Positions 12,471 to 25,353 of a DNA stretch of 64,000 nt are shown piece after piece. Each line of letters opens with the position of its first letter. Within the stretch, counting starts at the first letter, position 1. The notes beneath the pieces were generated by a model. The model saw only the letters and a list, made by a program, of their open reading frames with translations. It did no database searches and was not told where the DNA came from. The stretch spans positions 162,936,001-163,000,000 of the forward strand of contig OX597815.1 of the NCBI GenBank assembly GCA_951406725.2, written 5' to 3'. Position numbers and translations under genes: made by a program. The DNA is from Octopus vulgaris (Eukaryota).

Positions 12471-12848
12471 CTACTGTGGTGTAGTGTATCTGTCGTCTTG
12501 TCTCACATGAGTTCCATTAGTGCTTTTGAGAGTATTATATACATAGCAATTTCATTTACTCCCATCTTGATATTTGTAATAAGAAATTATTAATAAACAC
12601 ACCAATTTAATAATGGATACTAAATTACTTCCAAACTATTTGATCTTTTCTAAAATTTCTATTAAAATCAAACTTTATAATTTGTCATTAAGTTTTGCGA
12701 TTCAATAGATTAATTATTAAAATGAAAGACATCGTTGTATGAGAATGAGTACTTTCACACCTTTACACATTCTCTTGATACCCAATGCAAAAACCCATCA
12801 ACTGAATAGAAGATTCAGTAGTTAAATATTTATATCTATATATATAAA

Positions 12849-12927
<79 letters not shown>

Positions 12928-12948
12928 ATATATGTGACAGTTTTTGTT

Positions 12949-12995
12949 AAAACTGTCCGACGAATGGGAACGTGAAACTCCGAGTAACAAGTTTT
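12949..12995 (+). ncRNA. compact type I hammerhead motif, U4C variant
   Basis: aaaactgt CCGACGA ATG ggaa CGT GAAA CTC c GAG T A acaagtttt. 8-bp stem I with one bulge, GNRA-capped stem II, near-palindromic stem III, GUA cleavage triplet. Confidence 0.75.
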
Positions 12996-13138
12996 GTTGA
13001 ATTCCTGCTGCTTTTAAATAAAGCATATTACTCTACCCCTGGTATTTGAGTACTCTTTTTACCACCTTGTTTCACATTTATGTGTTTACTCCGGTATATA
13101 TATATACATACATACATACATACATACATACATACATA

Positions 13139-13183
<45 letters not shown>

Positions 13184-13502
13184 CTCTTCTAGTTTTTTAA
13201 TTGTTATAAATCTTCCATTGAAGAGGGAGCCAGTTTCCAACAAAGATACATGTATGTATGTATGTATGTATGTATGTATGTATGTATGTATGTATGTATA
13301 TGTACCTCACGGCAAGAGGTGCGAATGAGGGTAGCTACATCAAACTCCATTCTACACCAAGTGCCATATATTAAAGGAAGATGTCAGTAATAAAAGTGTA
13401 GCAAAATGGCAGCACTCCAGCATGGCTACAGTTATGAGCTGAAACTACAAAAAAATGTATATGTGTGTATATATATATATATGTGTGTGTGTGTAGAAAA
13501 GG

Positions 13503-13541
<39 letters not shown>

Positions 13542-13583
13542 CACATACACAAATAATGAATCAGATAAACATGATAAGGTTTG

Positions 13584-13620
<37 letters not shown>

Positions 13621-13791
13621 TACAGATACACATACATACACACACACACACACTCACACACAGATACATATAACTAAGTATATTCAGAAGATAAACACGT
13701 TTGTGCAAGCATATAGGTGTTTATATGTATATAGAAAAATAAAGTTGCATAAAAAATACAGAATAATGCAGAGAGAAAGCATAGTTTTTAA

Positions 13792-13903
13792 CTCAACAGC
13801 TGTTTCTGGAAACTCAGAATTACATAATAACAATGATGTTCATAAGTAACCGATGAAACGTGCAAAAAGTTATGAATATGCACAGCTTCCTTCATCAGGT
13901 GAG
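13792..13903 (-). ncRNA. type I hammerhead motif with ~70-nt stem II insert
   Basis: ctcac CTGATGA A GGAAGCT..AGTTTCC A GAAA CAGCTG T T gag. Palindromic ACAGCTGT stem III; stem I imperfect; abuts (TA)n at 13907. Confidence 0.65.
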
Positions 13904-13968
<65 letters not shown>

Positions 13969-14607
13969 GTGTATAAACATACACATCATTTCAACCTCTC
14001 ATTTACTACTGTTACTGCACTGACCCACTGCTTCCTCACTTTCTGTATCACTTTATCTCTGCCCTCTCCTTGCAGCTTTTCGTCCTCTTCAACATCACTT
14101 TACATCTTTACCCTCCTCTTCTCTTCATAACCCCTACACCTCATTTTCCTTCAATGAATTTCTCAGAATTCCTTTCTATTCTAGTATATTGCTCCCTTCT
14201 TGTCCCTTTTCCCTTACACTTACTGTCCATACTTGTCTTTATGCTATAGGATGGCTCTAAATATTTTCTATAGAACATACCTTACCATTTTATCATTCTG
14301 TCCCTTCTGTTGCTCAGTCACCTCTGACTCTTATCCCTTTCCTTGACTTTTTTCTGTTCCTTGTCATATTCCCTCCTCTGTTAGTACCTAAGCTATTACT
14401 TTCTTACTCTCTCCACTAGCACCCTATCATAACTATAAATCTGTTCTTCTCATTTTATTTAAACCCCCATCATTCCTTATATAAAATCCTAACATTCCTT
14501 CTCTTCTATTATCCCACAGTTACAGGGTCCACTTTAGGCCCTTACCCCTGCAAGTTACAAGGTGATCTTCATTATTGCTGACACCATGAATAAAGGACCA
14601 AGTATTA

Positions 14608-14860
14608 GAGCATCACAGTTCTCCAGCTCATCAGAGCGAGACACAGTTCTCCTGCTCAACAGAGCACAACATAGTTCTCCAGCTTATCAGAATACAACAC
14701 AGTTCTCTAGCTCATCAAAGGATGACACAGTTCTCCAGCTCATCAGAGCACAATACAGTACTCCAGCTCATCAGAGCATCACACAGTTCTCCAGCTCATC
14801 AGAGCATAATACAGTACTCTAGCTCATCAGAGCAAGACACATTTCTCCAGCTCAACAGAC
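14608..14860. repeat. 28-bp minisatellite, ~9 units
   Basis: Unit is approximately AGAGCACAACACAGTTCTCCAGCTCATC. It runs into a family-D-like 3' end with (GAT)n. Confidence 0.9.
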
Positions 14861-15744
14861 CCTGTTGAACCGTTCAATCTATGGAAGCTAGATGTTAAGT
14901 GATGATGATGAGAAGGAGAAGGAGAAAGAAAATATTTGTTTCAAATTTTGGCACAAGGTCAGCAAAATTGGGGAGGGGTTAGTCAGTTACATCAACCCCA
15001 GTACTCAACTAGTACTTATTTTATCAACCCTGAAAGGACGACAGGTAAAGTCAATCTTGGTAATTTTTTAATGCAGCTAAGCTTTTTGCCCGGCAACAAA
15101 GAAGATATTGATAACAACACGGGCGATAGTGATGACAATGATGATGGTCAACGACAGTGATTATGCCAGTATATTCTTTTCCCTAGGTTGAACAAAATCT
15201 GATGACTATTATCTAATACAAGATATATAATATTTTAAGAATTACCCATTTTTAGAAATGGCTTTCTAGTTATTGTGTGACTTTCTAGTATTGTACTAAA
15301 CGTGTTTTCACTAGATGAAAGTAGAACTTTTACTAAAAAGAGACTTTCTTAGTTAATCAATAACTAAAACTTCTAGTTTCCTACAAATATTGTTGACCAA
15401 CCCATTAGGACCCACAGTTACAAATGGTTTTAGTTGATAATATATTGTACTATCAACTGAAAGGTTGATGGGTGGTTTTTTTTCCTTTCACTAGTGCTAG
15501 GCTGTATCAATAGCTAAGACATAATTCACTCTGAGCTGGTCTACCTCTCTCTCTTTCTCTCTTTCTCGGTCTCTGTCTTCTCTGTGTGTGTGTCTGTCTC
15601 TATATTATATAAATATATATAATATATATATATATATGTCAGTTGAATAAAGTTAAAACATGGTCTGGTTTTCATGCCTTGTTTTAACTTTATCCAACTG
15701 ATAGATTATTCTATACACATTTACACAATTATATATATATATAT

Positions 15745-16068
15745 GGCCTCGTGCCGGTGGCACGTAAAAAGCACCATCCGTTCGTGTCCGTTGCCAGCCT
15801 CGCCTGGCCCCCGTGCCGGTGGCACATAAAAAGCACCATCCGTTCGTGGCTGTTTGCCAGCTCTGTCTGGCACCTGTGCGGGTGGCACGTAAAAAGCACC
15901 CACTACACTCACGGAGTGGTTGGCGTTAGGAAGAGCATCCAGCCGTAGAAACACTGCCAGATCTGACTAGGCCTGATGAAGCCTTCCGGCTTCACAGACC
16001 TCAGTTGAACCGTCCAACCCATGCTAGCATGGAAAATGGACGCTAAACGATGATGATGATGATGATGA
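15745..16068 (+). mobile_element. family D repeat (RTE-like 3' end, internal GGCACGTAAAAAGCACC tandem units, (GAT)n tail)
   Basis: Other copies at ~33310-33800(+), 44650-45005(-), 47720-48235(+), 48345-48640(-), 63190-63494(+), 63760-64000(+) and 10975-11175(-). Confidence 0.8.
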
Positions 16069-16165
16069 TATATTTATAAAATCATCATCATCATCTAATG
16101 TTGCTTTCCATGCTGGCATGGGTTAGACAGTTTACATGTTATATATATATATATAATTTATACAT

Positions 16166-16500
16166 ACAGTGGGGGAAATAAATACTCGTACATGTCAAAA
16201 TTCTTCATTTATTTAATTTCTAATGAACATAAATGGGATATACTGATACTATATTTGCATACACATGCATAAACTAAGAATATCTAAAAGAAACTAATAA
16301 ATTATAGTAACTAATGAATTTATATACAATTATAAATATTTAGGGGTAAAAAAAGTATTCATACAGAATAAATTTATGATTTTCTATGCCACAAAATACT
16401 GTTAAAATACTTTTTTTTTTACTAGAACTATCTCGTTTGTTCCAATAATCTTATCAGTTGTCATTTTTAAGTGTCAAAACACTAGCTTCTTCATTCAGCA
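16166..16500 (+). mobile_element. possible Tc1-like transposon end fragment
   Basis: Begins TA-CAGTGGGGGAAATAAATACTCG, with a related motif (AAAAAAGTATTCATAC) at ~16350. No transposase visible. Confidence 0.35.
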
Positions 16501-16526
16501 CTGAGACAACATAAAGTAGCATCGTA

Positions 16527-16558
<32 letters not shown>

Positions 16559-16592
16559 ATATTATATTAAATATTTATATATATATATATAT

Positions 16593-16785
16593 GGTAAATG
16601 AAAGACAGAAGGTCGAAGATATGACAAATTTTTATTAATCACAATTATTTTGACACACCTAACAACAATCCTTCACAGGAAGAATACTTAACAACTGGTT
16701 CAGAAGTATCCAGTGGTTCAGATGTGTCTCTTTGGGTGATAAATAGGTATAATTCATTAAAATAGCAGTTCTGCAATGTATCTTC
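16593..16785 (-). repeat. inverted copy of the hammerhead-bearing pLTR-like repeat at 18520-18712 (decayed hammerhead at 16638-16740)
   Basis: The reverse complement aligns with 18520-18712. Core reads atcac CCAAAGA GACACATCT..AGGTGTGTC AAAA TAATTG tgat. Confidence 0.8.
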
Positions 16786-16884
16786 TCATTTCATGTAAAG
16801 GACTGCCGCAAAATGAAGGAAATATCTTCATTTATAGAGAAAATCAAAAATCAAAGAAGAAACACAAAAATGAAAGGAATATAC

Positions 16885-17050
16885 AGGAGTGGCTGTGTTG
16901 TAAGTAGCTTGCTTACCGGCCACATGGTTCCAGGTTCAGTCCCACTGCATGGCACCTTGGGCAAGTGTCTTCTACTATAGCCTCGTGCCAACCAAAGCCT
17001 TGTGAGTGGATTTGGTAGACAGAAACTGAAAGAAGCCCATTGAATATACA

Positions 17051-17107
<57 letters not shown>

Positions 17108-17317
17108 ATGTATGTGTGTGTGAGTGTGTTTGTCCCCCCAACATCACTTGACAACCAATGCTGGTGTGTTCACGTCCCCGTAACTTATCACTTTGGCAAA
17201 AGAGACCGCTAGAATAAGTACTAGTCTTTCAAAGAATAAGTGCTGGGGTCAATTTGTTCAACTAAATGGTGGTGCTCCAGCATGACCGCAGTCAAATAAC
17301 TGAAACAAGTAAAAGAA
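16885..17317 (+). mobile_element. tRNA-derived SINE (family A) with internal (TA)n(TG)n
   Basis: GGAGTGGCTGTG..GGTTCAGTCCCACTGC..GGGCAAGTGTCTTCTACTATAGCC..GACTGAAACAAGTAAAAGA. Other copies at ~9560-9907(-), 21580-21975(+), 24295-24520(-), 26475-26870(-), 39310-39704(+), 49968-50351(-) and 55744-56150(+). Confidence 0.85.
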
Positions 17318-17859
17318 TATATATGAGAATTAATTAGAAAGTAATGCAATTTTTATTTGCATTGCTTTCTGACTCATCCTCATATGTATGTATGCATATT
17401 TGTACATATGTATGTATGTATGTATGTATGTATGCATATTTGTACATATATATGTATGTATGTATGTATGTATATATGTATGTATCAGGGACATGTCATC
17501 TAGGTAGGCAAGGTAACTGAAAGAAGCCCGTCGTATATATGTGTGTATGCATGTGTGTGTGTATGTTTGTGTGTCTGTCCCTCCAACATTGCTTGACAAC
17601 CGATGCTGGTGTGCTTACGTACCTATAACTTAGCAGTTCGGCAAAAGAGACTGCAAGCTGCATGCCACATGTACCCTCACTCATACAAGCATCCATGAAA
17701 CTGTAAGCATACGCACACATGTGGTTTGGTGCACACATGTTCACAAGTTAAATTGCTACTTTTGTTTATAAGAGTGGCGAGGTTAAAGCTAAACCTAATT
17801 CATCCATACCTTAAAGTAAATTATGTTAACAGTTACTCAAATTCATTCCCACTGCATTG

Positions 17860-18290
17860 TGTGAAAGTACATTTATATGCATGTAGGCATCTTGAGAGTC
17901 TTTCAGAAATGCTATTGATGATCTCATTGATCCACAGAAAAGACAGGGGTTCTTTGGAACAGAGTTGGCATCTCCTGGAAATTATATTGTATGGTTTACT
18001 ATGGATCAAGTTATGTTATACTTAATTTTATATTCCTTCAGTCGCCACACAAAATTGGCCAAAGATGTTGAATGTCCCTTATTGATTCTCTTGAAGCTGA
18101 TGACATGGTTGTGATAACAATTCTTAAATGAATCAGCTGTCTGCCCAATGAAAGCATTCAGCCCTTCCCTTGTGTGCACGGTATATTTATATACAAGATT
18201 TGTACTCACACAGAGGTTCATCAATGGGCATTTTGATTTTTCTCTGCATGAGCATTTATTATATTTATTTATATACGTGGCCATTCTGAC
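17860..18290 (-). pseudogene. Penelope-like element GIY-YIG endonuclease fragment
   Basis: ORF 18006-18284: CSC..CPL..C..LVYKYTV..AFIGQT..FKNCYHNH..SF..STSLANFVWRLK. A frameshifted Cys-containing tail (CQLC..RCLH) follows. Confidence 0.8.
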
Positions 18291-18561
18291 TTCCTTTTAC
18301 GACAGTGTTACCATGTCAGCTATATCATAATCTTTTGTACTATCTTAATTTGGCTGTATTTGGTACTTTTCATTTTGGTTTGCATCTTCTTCATTGGTAT
18401 TTAGACACATATGTTTGCTAGATCCAGTAGGTGAGTTATTGAACTGTTGTTGCACTTTACTGTTGTTTATGGTGCATATGCTGCTCTCAATTAGTCTAGT
18501 CAGCATAGGATTTCTTTACATGAATATTGTAGAACTGCTATTTTAATCAGTTATATCTATT

Positions 18562-18668
18562 TATCACCTGAAGAGACACATCTGTACCATTGAATGCTCC
18601 TGGATCAGTTGTTAAGTATTCCACTCGTGAATGAGCGATGATAGATGTGTCGAAACAATTGTCATGAT
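18562..18668 (+). ncRNA. type I hammerhead ribozyme, canonical core, long stem II
   Basis: atcac CTGAAGA(18568-74) GACACATCT..AGATGTGTC GAAA(18652-55) CAATTG T C atgat. Perfect 9-bp stem II, palindromic ACAATTGT stem III, GUC triplet; AATAAA follows. Confidence 0.85.
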
Positions 18669-18913
18669 TAATAAAAATTCTCGTATCTTCTATCTTCTGT
18701 CTTTTATTTACCTTATACAAAATGAACACTGTGAAAGTGACCATAAGCTACCAGTTATAAACCATACATTTTATTATCTAATAATAATGATAACAATGAT
18801 AATATTAATAATTATAATAATGATATATATATACATATGTGTGTGTGTTTGTGTGTATGTATATATATATATATATGTGTGTGTATATGTATATATATAT
18901 ATATATATATACT

Positions 18914-19601
18914 GATATCAAGAAATCCTCTTGCGAGCGTGACCTAGGCATCACTGTCAGCAGTGATTTGCGTTGGACAAAGCATATCTCTAAAATTGTC
19001 AAGAAGGCCGAGGGTGTCTTGGCATCACTCAGCAAGACTTTTGTTAGCCGCTCTTCAGCCATCTATTTAAAACTGTATACAGCTATGGTACGACCACACT
19101 TGGAATTCGCATCATCAGTTTGGAACCCCTATCTTGCTCAGAACATTGACCTCCTGGAATCTGTTCAGAGACGTGCAACCAAACGCATACCCTCCATCAG
19201 ACACCTACCATATTCTGAGCGCCTTGTTTCCCTGGGCATGGATTCACTGAAGCTTCGGCGTCTGGTGACGGACTTGGTAAACGCCCACAAAGTTGTCAAC
19301 CACCTCACCAATAACAACACTGAACACCTTTTTGATCTCCATGTGTCTAACACACGTGGACATGCCTACAAAGTCAGAAAACAACACAGCTCCCATGACT
19401 TTCGGAAACAATTCTTCACACTCAGAGTTGCTGAAGCATGGAATAAACTGCCTGCGTCAGTTGTTGACTGCCATGACACTGCATCCTTTAAGGCCCTCAT
19501 GCTTTCCGAAATCCGTTGAAACTACACCTGATTATATATACACTTTCGATGAGTTGTAGTGCACCTGAGCACTGTACACAATGTTTATTATTATTATTAT
19601 T
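18914..19601 (+). mobile_element. 5'-truncated CR1/L2-clade LINE (RT C-terminus, 3' UTR, (ATT)n tail)
   Basis: ERDLGITVSSDLRW..YTAMVRPHLEFASSVWNPY..LESVQRRATK..FFTLRVAEAWNKLP. Confidence 0.88.
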
Positions 19602-21720
19602 ACATGGAGGTTCGACAACAGCTGGCTTTAAAAAGCAAGAGCATTCTTGTTTGGTAGAAATGCTTAGATCATTCCCCCTTCTACCCCTTCTCTCTATAAT
19701 AAGAGTTTTCACACGGAGTGTGGCCTTGTTCCAACCAATTCTATTATCATCACACCCAAGTAGGCACAATATAGATTAATCCAATTAAAATCATTATATG
19801 AACAGTATCCCCTTTTGTTATGGTAGGGAAGCATTTCAATATACTACTTATATTTCAGTTGAATACATCAGGTATATTGTGTCATATTGATTCGCTTATT
19901 TGCATTGATTCTGTTTCTACTACTGCAAGAGTCTCAAGTTAAGATGCAACATAACCTATAATTGTACATAGCTTCAAAACATTACCGAAAGTGGCTTGTT
20001 TTTTTTGTTTTTTTTTTGTCTTTGTTTCGCTCTTTATTGAGCTGGGAGTGTGAGTCCTTTGACTAAATCACACTTTGAAATACAAGATAAAGGCTTACAG
20101 AATACGAGGCCGCATTCATAGAACACCGAGGTGGATATCTGCCAGAACGTTAATTCTACAACAGTACTGAGAATCTTTAAAACTTTATACTAAGATGTTC
20201 TTTTGATATACCACTATTTGATAAGATGTCACTCAGTGATGTTAATAATAAATGTTGGGAAATATTTCATCAGCATCCAGCTAACCAGGGCAGCATTCTC
20301 TGATTGGTCATCTGATCACTTCACTACTTTTCACTGTCCTATCCTTACACAAGATAACAATCTCTAAACATCGCTGATCAATAATTTATTAGTTTCAGAT
20401 AATTTCAGTTCTTTTCAAATGAGGATAATAAATTTTATTTTATTTTTCATTTAATTTTCCTTTTTCTTTCTTTTTTTTTTTTATATCTATAAACACATAA
20501 ACTATTTATTTCATTCATGAAATTCTTCTTTATACATATATATTTTTTTAAGCATTATTTTTGTTCTGTGTTGTAGCTGCAGGAAGTTAGTTGATCGCTG
20601 ATTTTAATTTGCATTACACATTGAACTGTTGTCGATACAACTTCTGTTTGAGAGTGGTAGAGCTACATGTTTGGCTCACCATTTCTTAAGCAATAATCAC
20701 CCTGCTGGTATACTGGCTACAATAGAATGGTTGCCTAGTGACAACTAGGTATTTACAGTTTCCAAATTCACCCCATTCTGTATTTCTCCTCAGCAGATAG
20801 AATTAGATTAAGCTTATGTTTTCTAACTCATACTCAAGTGTCCGTGTATTATACACTAGCTTGAAATAAAAAAAATTTAAAAAATGGATTTTTGAATTAT
20901 TGTTCAGTTCAATTCACTTCAGAGTATCATTACCTTATACAAATACAGCTATAAGAACTCAATCTAAAAATATAAGGTATAAAAACACCAACAGCGGCAA
21001 CATCAATAAATGACATCAATTAAGTAATTATAATAATATGATTATGGTGACATATATAAACATATATCCATTCACACATACATAGAGCTTTTAATCACAG
21101 GGATTCCAGCTTAACTCTATGAATGGTGTAGTTATGGAGGATTTTGTGTGCTAGTAAACTGTAGATTAAAATAAATAATATAACTTTGGCTAAAAGAGTT
21201 CAGGTACTAATATAAACATCCTACTGTGTTTCTTCAGGCAATTAACTTTTTCTTAGTTGGTCAGATAAACATCAGTTTTATTTTACTTGTAAAATATCAA
21301 AACTACTAATACTGATGCAAAAGTGAGAATGACTATAGCAGCTGATAATCAAATACGAAAAGGAATTTGAGCTTCTTTAATCCTTTTAATGCTAACCCAC
21401 CTGGAGCTGCCCATAGTTCTATGATACAACCTCTGTTTTTAAAGTAATCTAAGTTAAAGCCTTCTACTGAAGTTTCAGGTTAATTTATGTTCCAAACACC
21501 CGTTTAATAATGACAGTTATTTTGTGTAGATTTTTCGTTATTTAAAAGCAATCGATTGATACAATGTTATTTTAAAGGTGCAGGTGTGGCTGTGAGATAA
21601 GAAGCTTGTTCCCAATCACACAGTTCTGGATTCAGTTCCACTGCATGGCACCTTGGGCAAGTGTCTTCTACTATAGCTTCAGGCTGACCAAAGCCTTGTG
21701 AATGGATTTAGAAGCCAATC

Positions 21721-21774
<54 letters not shown>

Positions 21775-22344
21775 ATGTATCTATCATCACTTGACAACTG
21801 GTGTTAGTGTGTTTACGGTCCCATAACTTATTGGTTCAGCAAAAAGAGTCTGATAGAATAAGTACTAGCCTTAAAAAATTCATCCTGGGATCGATTTGTT
21901 TGATTAAAACCCCTCAAAGTGGTGCTCCAGCATGGCAACAGTCAAATGATTCAAACAGGTGAAAGAAAAGAATAAAAGAATATTTCAACAGAAATAGAGT
22001 TATGAAAAGGTTAATTATTCCAGCAAATATTTTAACAATTCTTTTTTTATAATTGGATCTTAAAGCTGACATAAAGCATGTAAATACCTGGGTGAAAGCC
22101 CAACCCATCCTTTTGGATAGAAGAAGTTGAAGGCTGCCTGTGAAACACATGTCATGTTTACAAGGGATGCAGATTCATGTCCCATGGGCAGCCTTCAGTA
22201 TTTTCTATCCAAAAAGTTTTTCAGCCCAACATGTTATTATTTATAACTTTATGTGTGCTTCAAGATCCAGTTCCAAAAAGGAGCCATTTCACATTTTATT
22301 GAAGGCGTATAAAATTCTTATGACATCAGCAAAATATCTTAAGA

Positions 22345-22575
22345 CTAGCAGTGTTGCCCAGCGTTGCTTGGGTTTCTTTCACCCCTTTAGAATTGGAATT
22401 TTTGAAAAGTAAAAATTTTGCATTATGTAGCTTGTTATTCTCTTTAAGTGAACATTTTTCTATCATACTCTCAATTTTGGTCAACTTGCGCTGCAGGGTC
22501 TCGGAGGAGATAGTGTTAGTTGAAGGCTACCTAACCTGCCATACACAGACAACTTCAGCTTTATATATATAGAGA
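22345..22575 (-). mobile_element. internally deleted non-autonomous Helitron
   Basis: Same termini as 28032-28437. Confidence 0.65.
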
Positions 22576-23128
22576 TTTCATTTGAAAATGTTCAGTGCCA
22601 CAAGACAATGGAATATGAGCTAATATGTGAAAAATAATAGTGTCAATGAGGCTACACCATAAAGATGATAGGAAGAGCACCCAGCAGCAAAACCCATTAA
22701 AAAAAAGTCATATATAACTATAAAATTGCTGTTTTCTCTGTTGCTGAGTGTCAGATGTTACAGGATTATGATAAGAAGAGAGACACTGTGGGGCCTGTCC
22801 AAGCTACGTCATGTACAGAAAAAATAAACATTAAACGATGACGTGTTGACTCTGTTCAGATATACTTTGTACATAGCAAAGGTATGCCCTAGTTTCAAGG
22901 ACAAACACTTTCTTCTTGTGTATCTATGGATTTGTATAACTGGAGGATTAGAAGCAAGCTTAACTCACATATCCACATCGTGTTCTGTTATAAGTATATT
23001 AAGTGTTGTATAGATACTTGAAGTGAATGAAAAAATTTGGAGCCATTTTTTATTTTGTAGAGGACACAAGAGTACGATCACTTGTGATTCCTTAGTAACT
23101 GTTGTTGTTGTTGTGGTTGTTGTTGTTG

Positions 23129-23164
<36 letters not shown>

Positions 23165-23311
23165 TTATGTGTGTCTATTTTCATACAGTCATCTACTAGA
23201 GAATTCTATAAACAAAAAACTTAAGCATTTCAGTTATTTTGCATATCACTTAATATGGTATGTAGACCAACTGAATTTTAAAAAATAACTTGAAGATAGA
23301 TATGTTTCTTA

Positions 23312-23361
<50 letters not shown>

Positions 23362-24520
23362 ATATATATATATAAAGCACAACAAAAACAATAAAACTTC
23401 ATTATCCAGTGTAGTACCTTGTTTTAAGGTAGTGCAGTATGATTTGAGACATATATATGGGTGCTATTTCTATCCCATGTGTCACCTTTGCAGAGACTAC
23501 TTCATTGGTTTTAATGTCTCTGTGAAGTTTCTCTAAACTGGTGTACAGAGCTCATGTGAAACCTAAATCTCCATCCAGCCTAATGTTTCTAAATTGAGGT
23601 TTTCTAGTTGCTTCGTAGGATCTCAAAGGGCAGCAAGAAGCTGCTGAGAAATCAAGCCATTACATCTGGCTCAAGAGAGATGAGTGATGCAGCAAGATTG
23701 AGTATTGAGGATGGTAGAAATATCTGGCCCAGACTCACATCTTACTCAAGAAAGCTTATGCTGTTGTGTGAGTGGAGATGCCTGGCTTAATAGTTAGGGT
23801 ATTGAACTCATGATTGTAAGGTTGTGGTTTCGATTCCTGGACCAGGCGATGCATTGTGTTCTTGAGCAAAACACTTCATTGAGCAATCCTGCGACGGACC
23901 AGCATCCTGTCCAGGTGGGGAATTTCTACGCCATTGAAACCGGGAAATTGGCCCTTATGAGCCTGGCATGGCTTGAGAAAGAAGGAATACTTATGCTGTT
24001 GTGTGAGAGTTTTGTTGTAAACATCAGTAGATGGCCCTATGCAGCCCCTGGTGTCATGATAGAAGGCTCTGCTTTACCACCTGATGAGACATCATCTCCT
24101 CCATTCAGAAATGGAGTACATCAACACCCTCAGTCCACAAGTGTTTATTTTACCCTGAATGAGTTGACAACATTAGCATTTTGATAGTAGAGGACATTAA
24201 ACAACTAAAAACTCAAGGGAACTTCTATGTAGACACTCAACTTGGTAGATATAGTGACCAAATCTTCCTCAAATTAAATCCTGTAATTTATTTTTTTACT
24301 CTTTTACTCTTTTACTTGTTTCAGTCATTTGACTGTGGCCTTGCTGGAGCACCGTCTTTAGTCGAGCAAATCGACCCCAGGACTTATTCTTTGTAAGCCT
24401 AGTACTTATTCTATCAGTCTCTCTTGCTGAACTGCTAAATTACGGGGACATTTACACACCAGCATCGGTTGTCAAGCTATAGTAGAAGACACTTCTACTC
24501 ACCACACAGCCACTCCTACG

Positions 24521-24554
<34 letters not shown>

Positions 24555-25303
24555 AAAAAATCATATTAGATGTGCCTAAAAAAGAAAAGGAGGATGTAAT
24601 GACTGAAATATATTTGAACATGAAACTAAGGTTAAGTACTTATTTGGGGTTAAACACCACCGCCAGCACCACCACCACAAACAACAACAACACCAACAAC
24701 ATCAACTGTATTATATATTTCAATAAATATTGATGTATGTCTCAACTCAATATTTCTCACGTTTTATTGGTTAATTATTAATTATGTTTCTGCTTTTGTG
24801 TACCTTCAAACTGAGAGCGATCTTTTAAATTAATCATTGAATTTTTAAAGAATGGTTACAACTAAGCGACTCAGTTGATGTGTCATAAAATCATCGTACA
24901 GCAGCATTAACTCTCAAGTCTTGAATTCTTTATGAGATTAGCGATTAACACACAATGTTAAGCCTCTCAGAAGTTAAAAGTTTGTACTATCTCAAGGGTG
25001 AAGTGTAAAAAAAAAGAAAAAAAAATTTTTAACGTTGCTTAAAATTCTTGTAACTTTTAAGTAGAAAGTTGCACAAGGAAAAAACGTTATGTATTGAAAT
25101 TTAATTAACTAACTGTCGTTTTCTTCTATAATTAACTTTTGAAACTTATCTCGTACATTGAACATTAAAATTAGTCATTAGTTAATAGTTTTAATGTAAT
25201 TTCCTTTGTGTATCATTTTGCAAGACACTGTTTCTAATATTTCGAAATATCTTAGAATATATGTGACATGCAAAATTGAATTTCATCATTTATTTTTCAA
25301 AAG

Positions 25304-25353
25304 GAAAAGGTTATGCCAAGCATCTTTGTTTTGGCTGGTTGGGAATTCATAAG
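25304..25353 (+). CDS. candidate small host exon (MPSIFVLAGWEFI-R)
   Basis: Weak acceptor TTTTTCAAAAG, strong donor AAG|GTAAGG, open frame with ATG at 25313, in non-repetitive DNA. No homology recognised. Confidence 0.2.

Noticed and set aside
14608-14860. 28-bp array as a CRISPR array or as tandem hammerheads (CTGATGA on the minus strand)
   Set aside because: The units are contiguous with no unique spacers, and there are no cas genes. There is no stem II and GAAA is mostly GAAC.
15970-15995. CTGATGAAGCC..GGCTTC in a family D copy
   Set aside because: It is a point variant of the repeat (the copy at 63402 reads CTGATGCAG) and has no GAAA.
24077-24120. CTGATGA..GAAA motif
   Set aside because: No compatible stems I-III; a competing CTCCATT/AATGGAG hairpin overlaps the GAAA.
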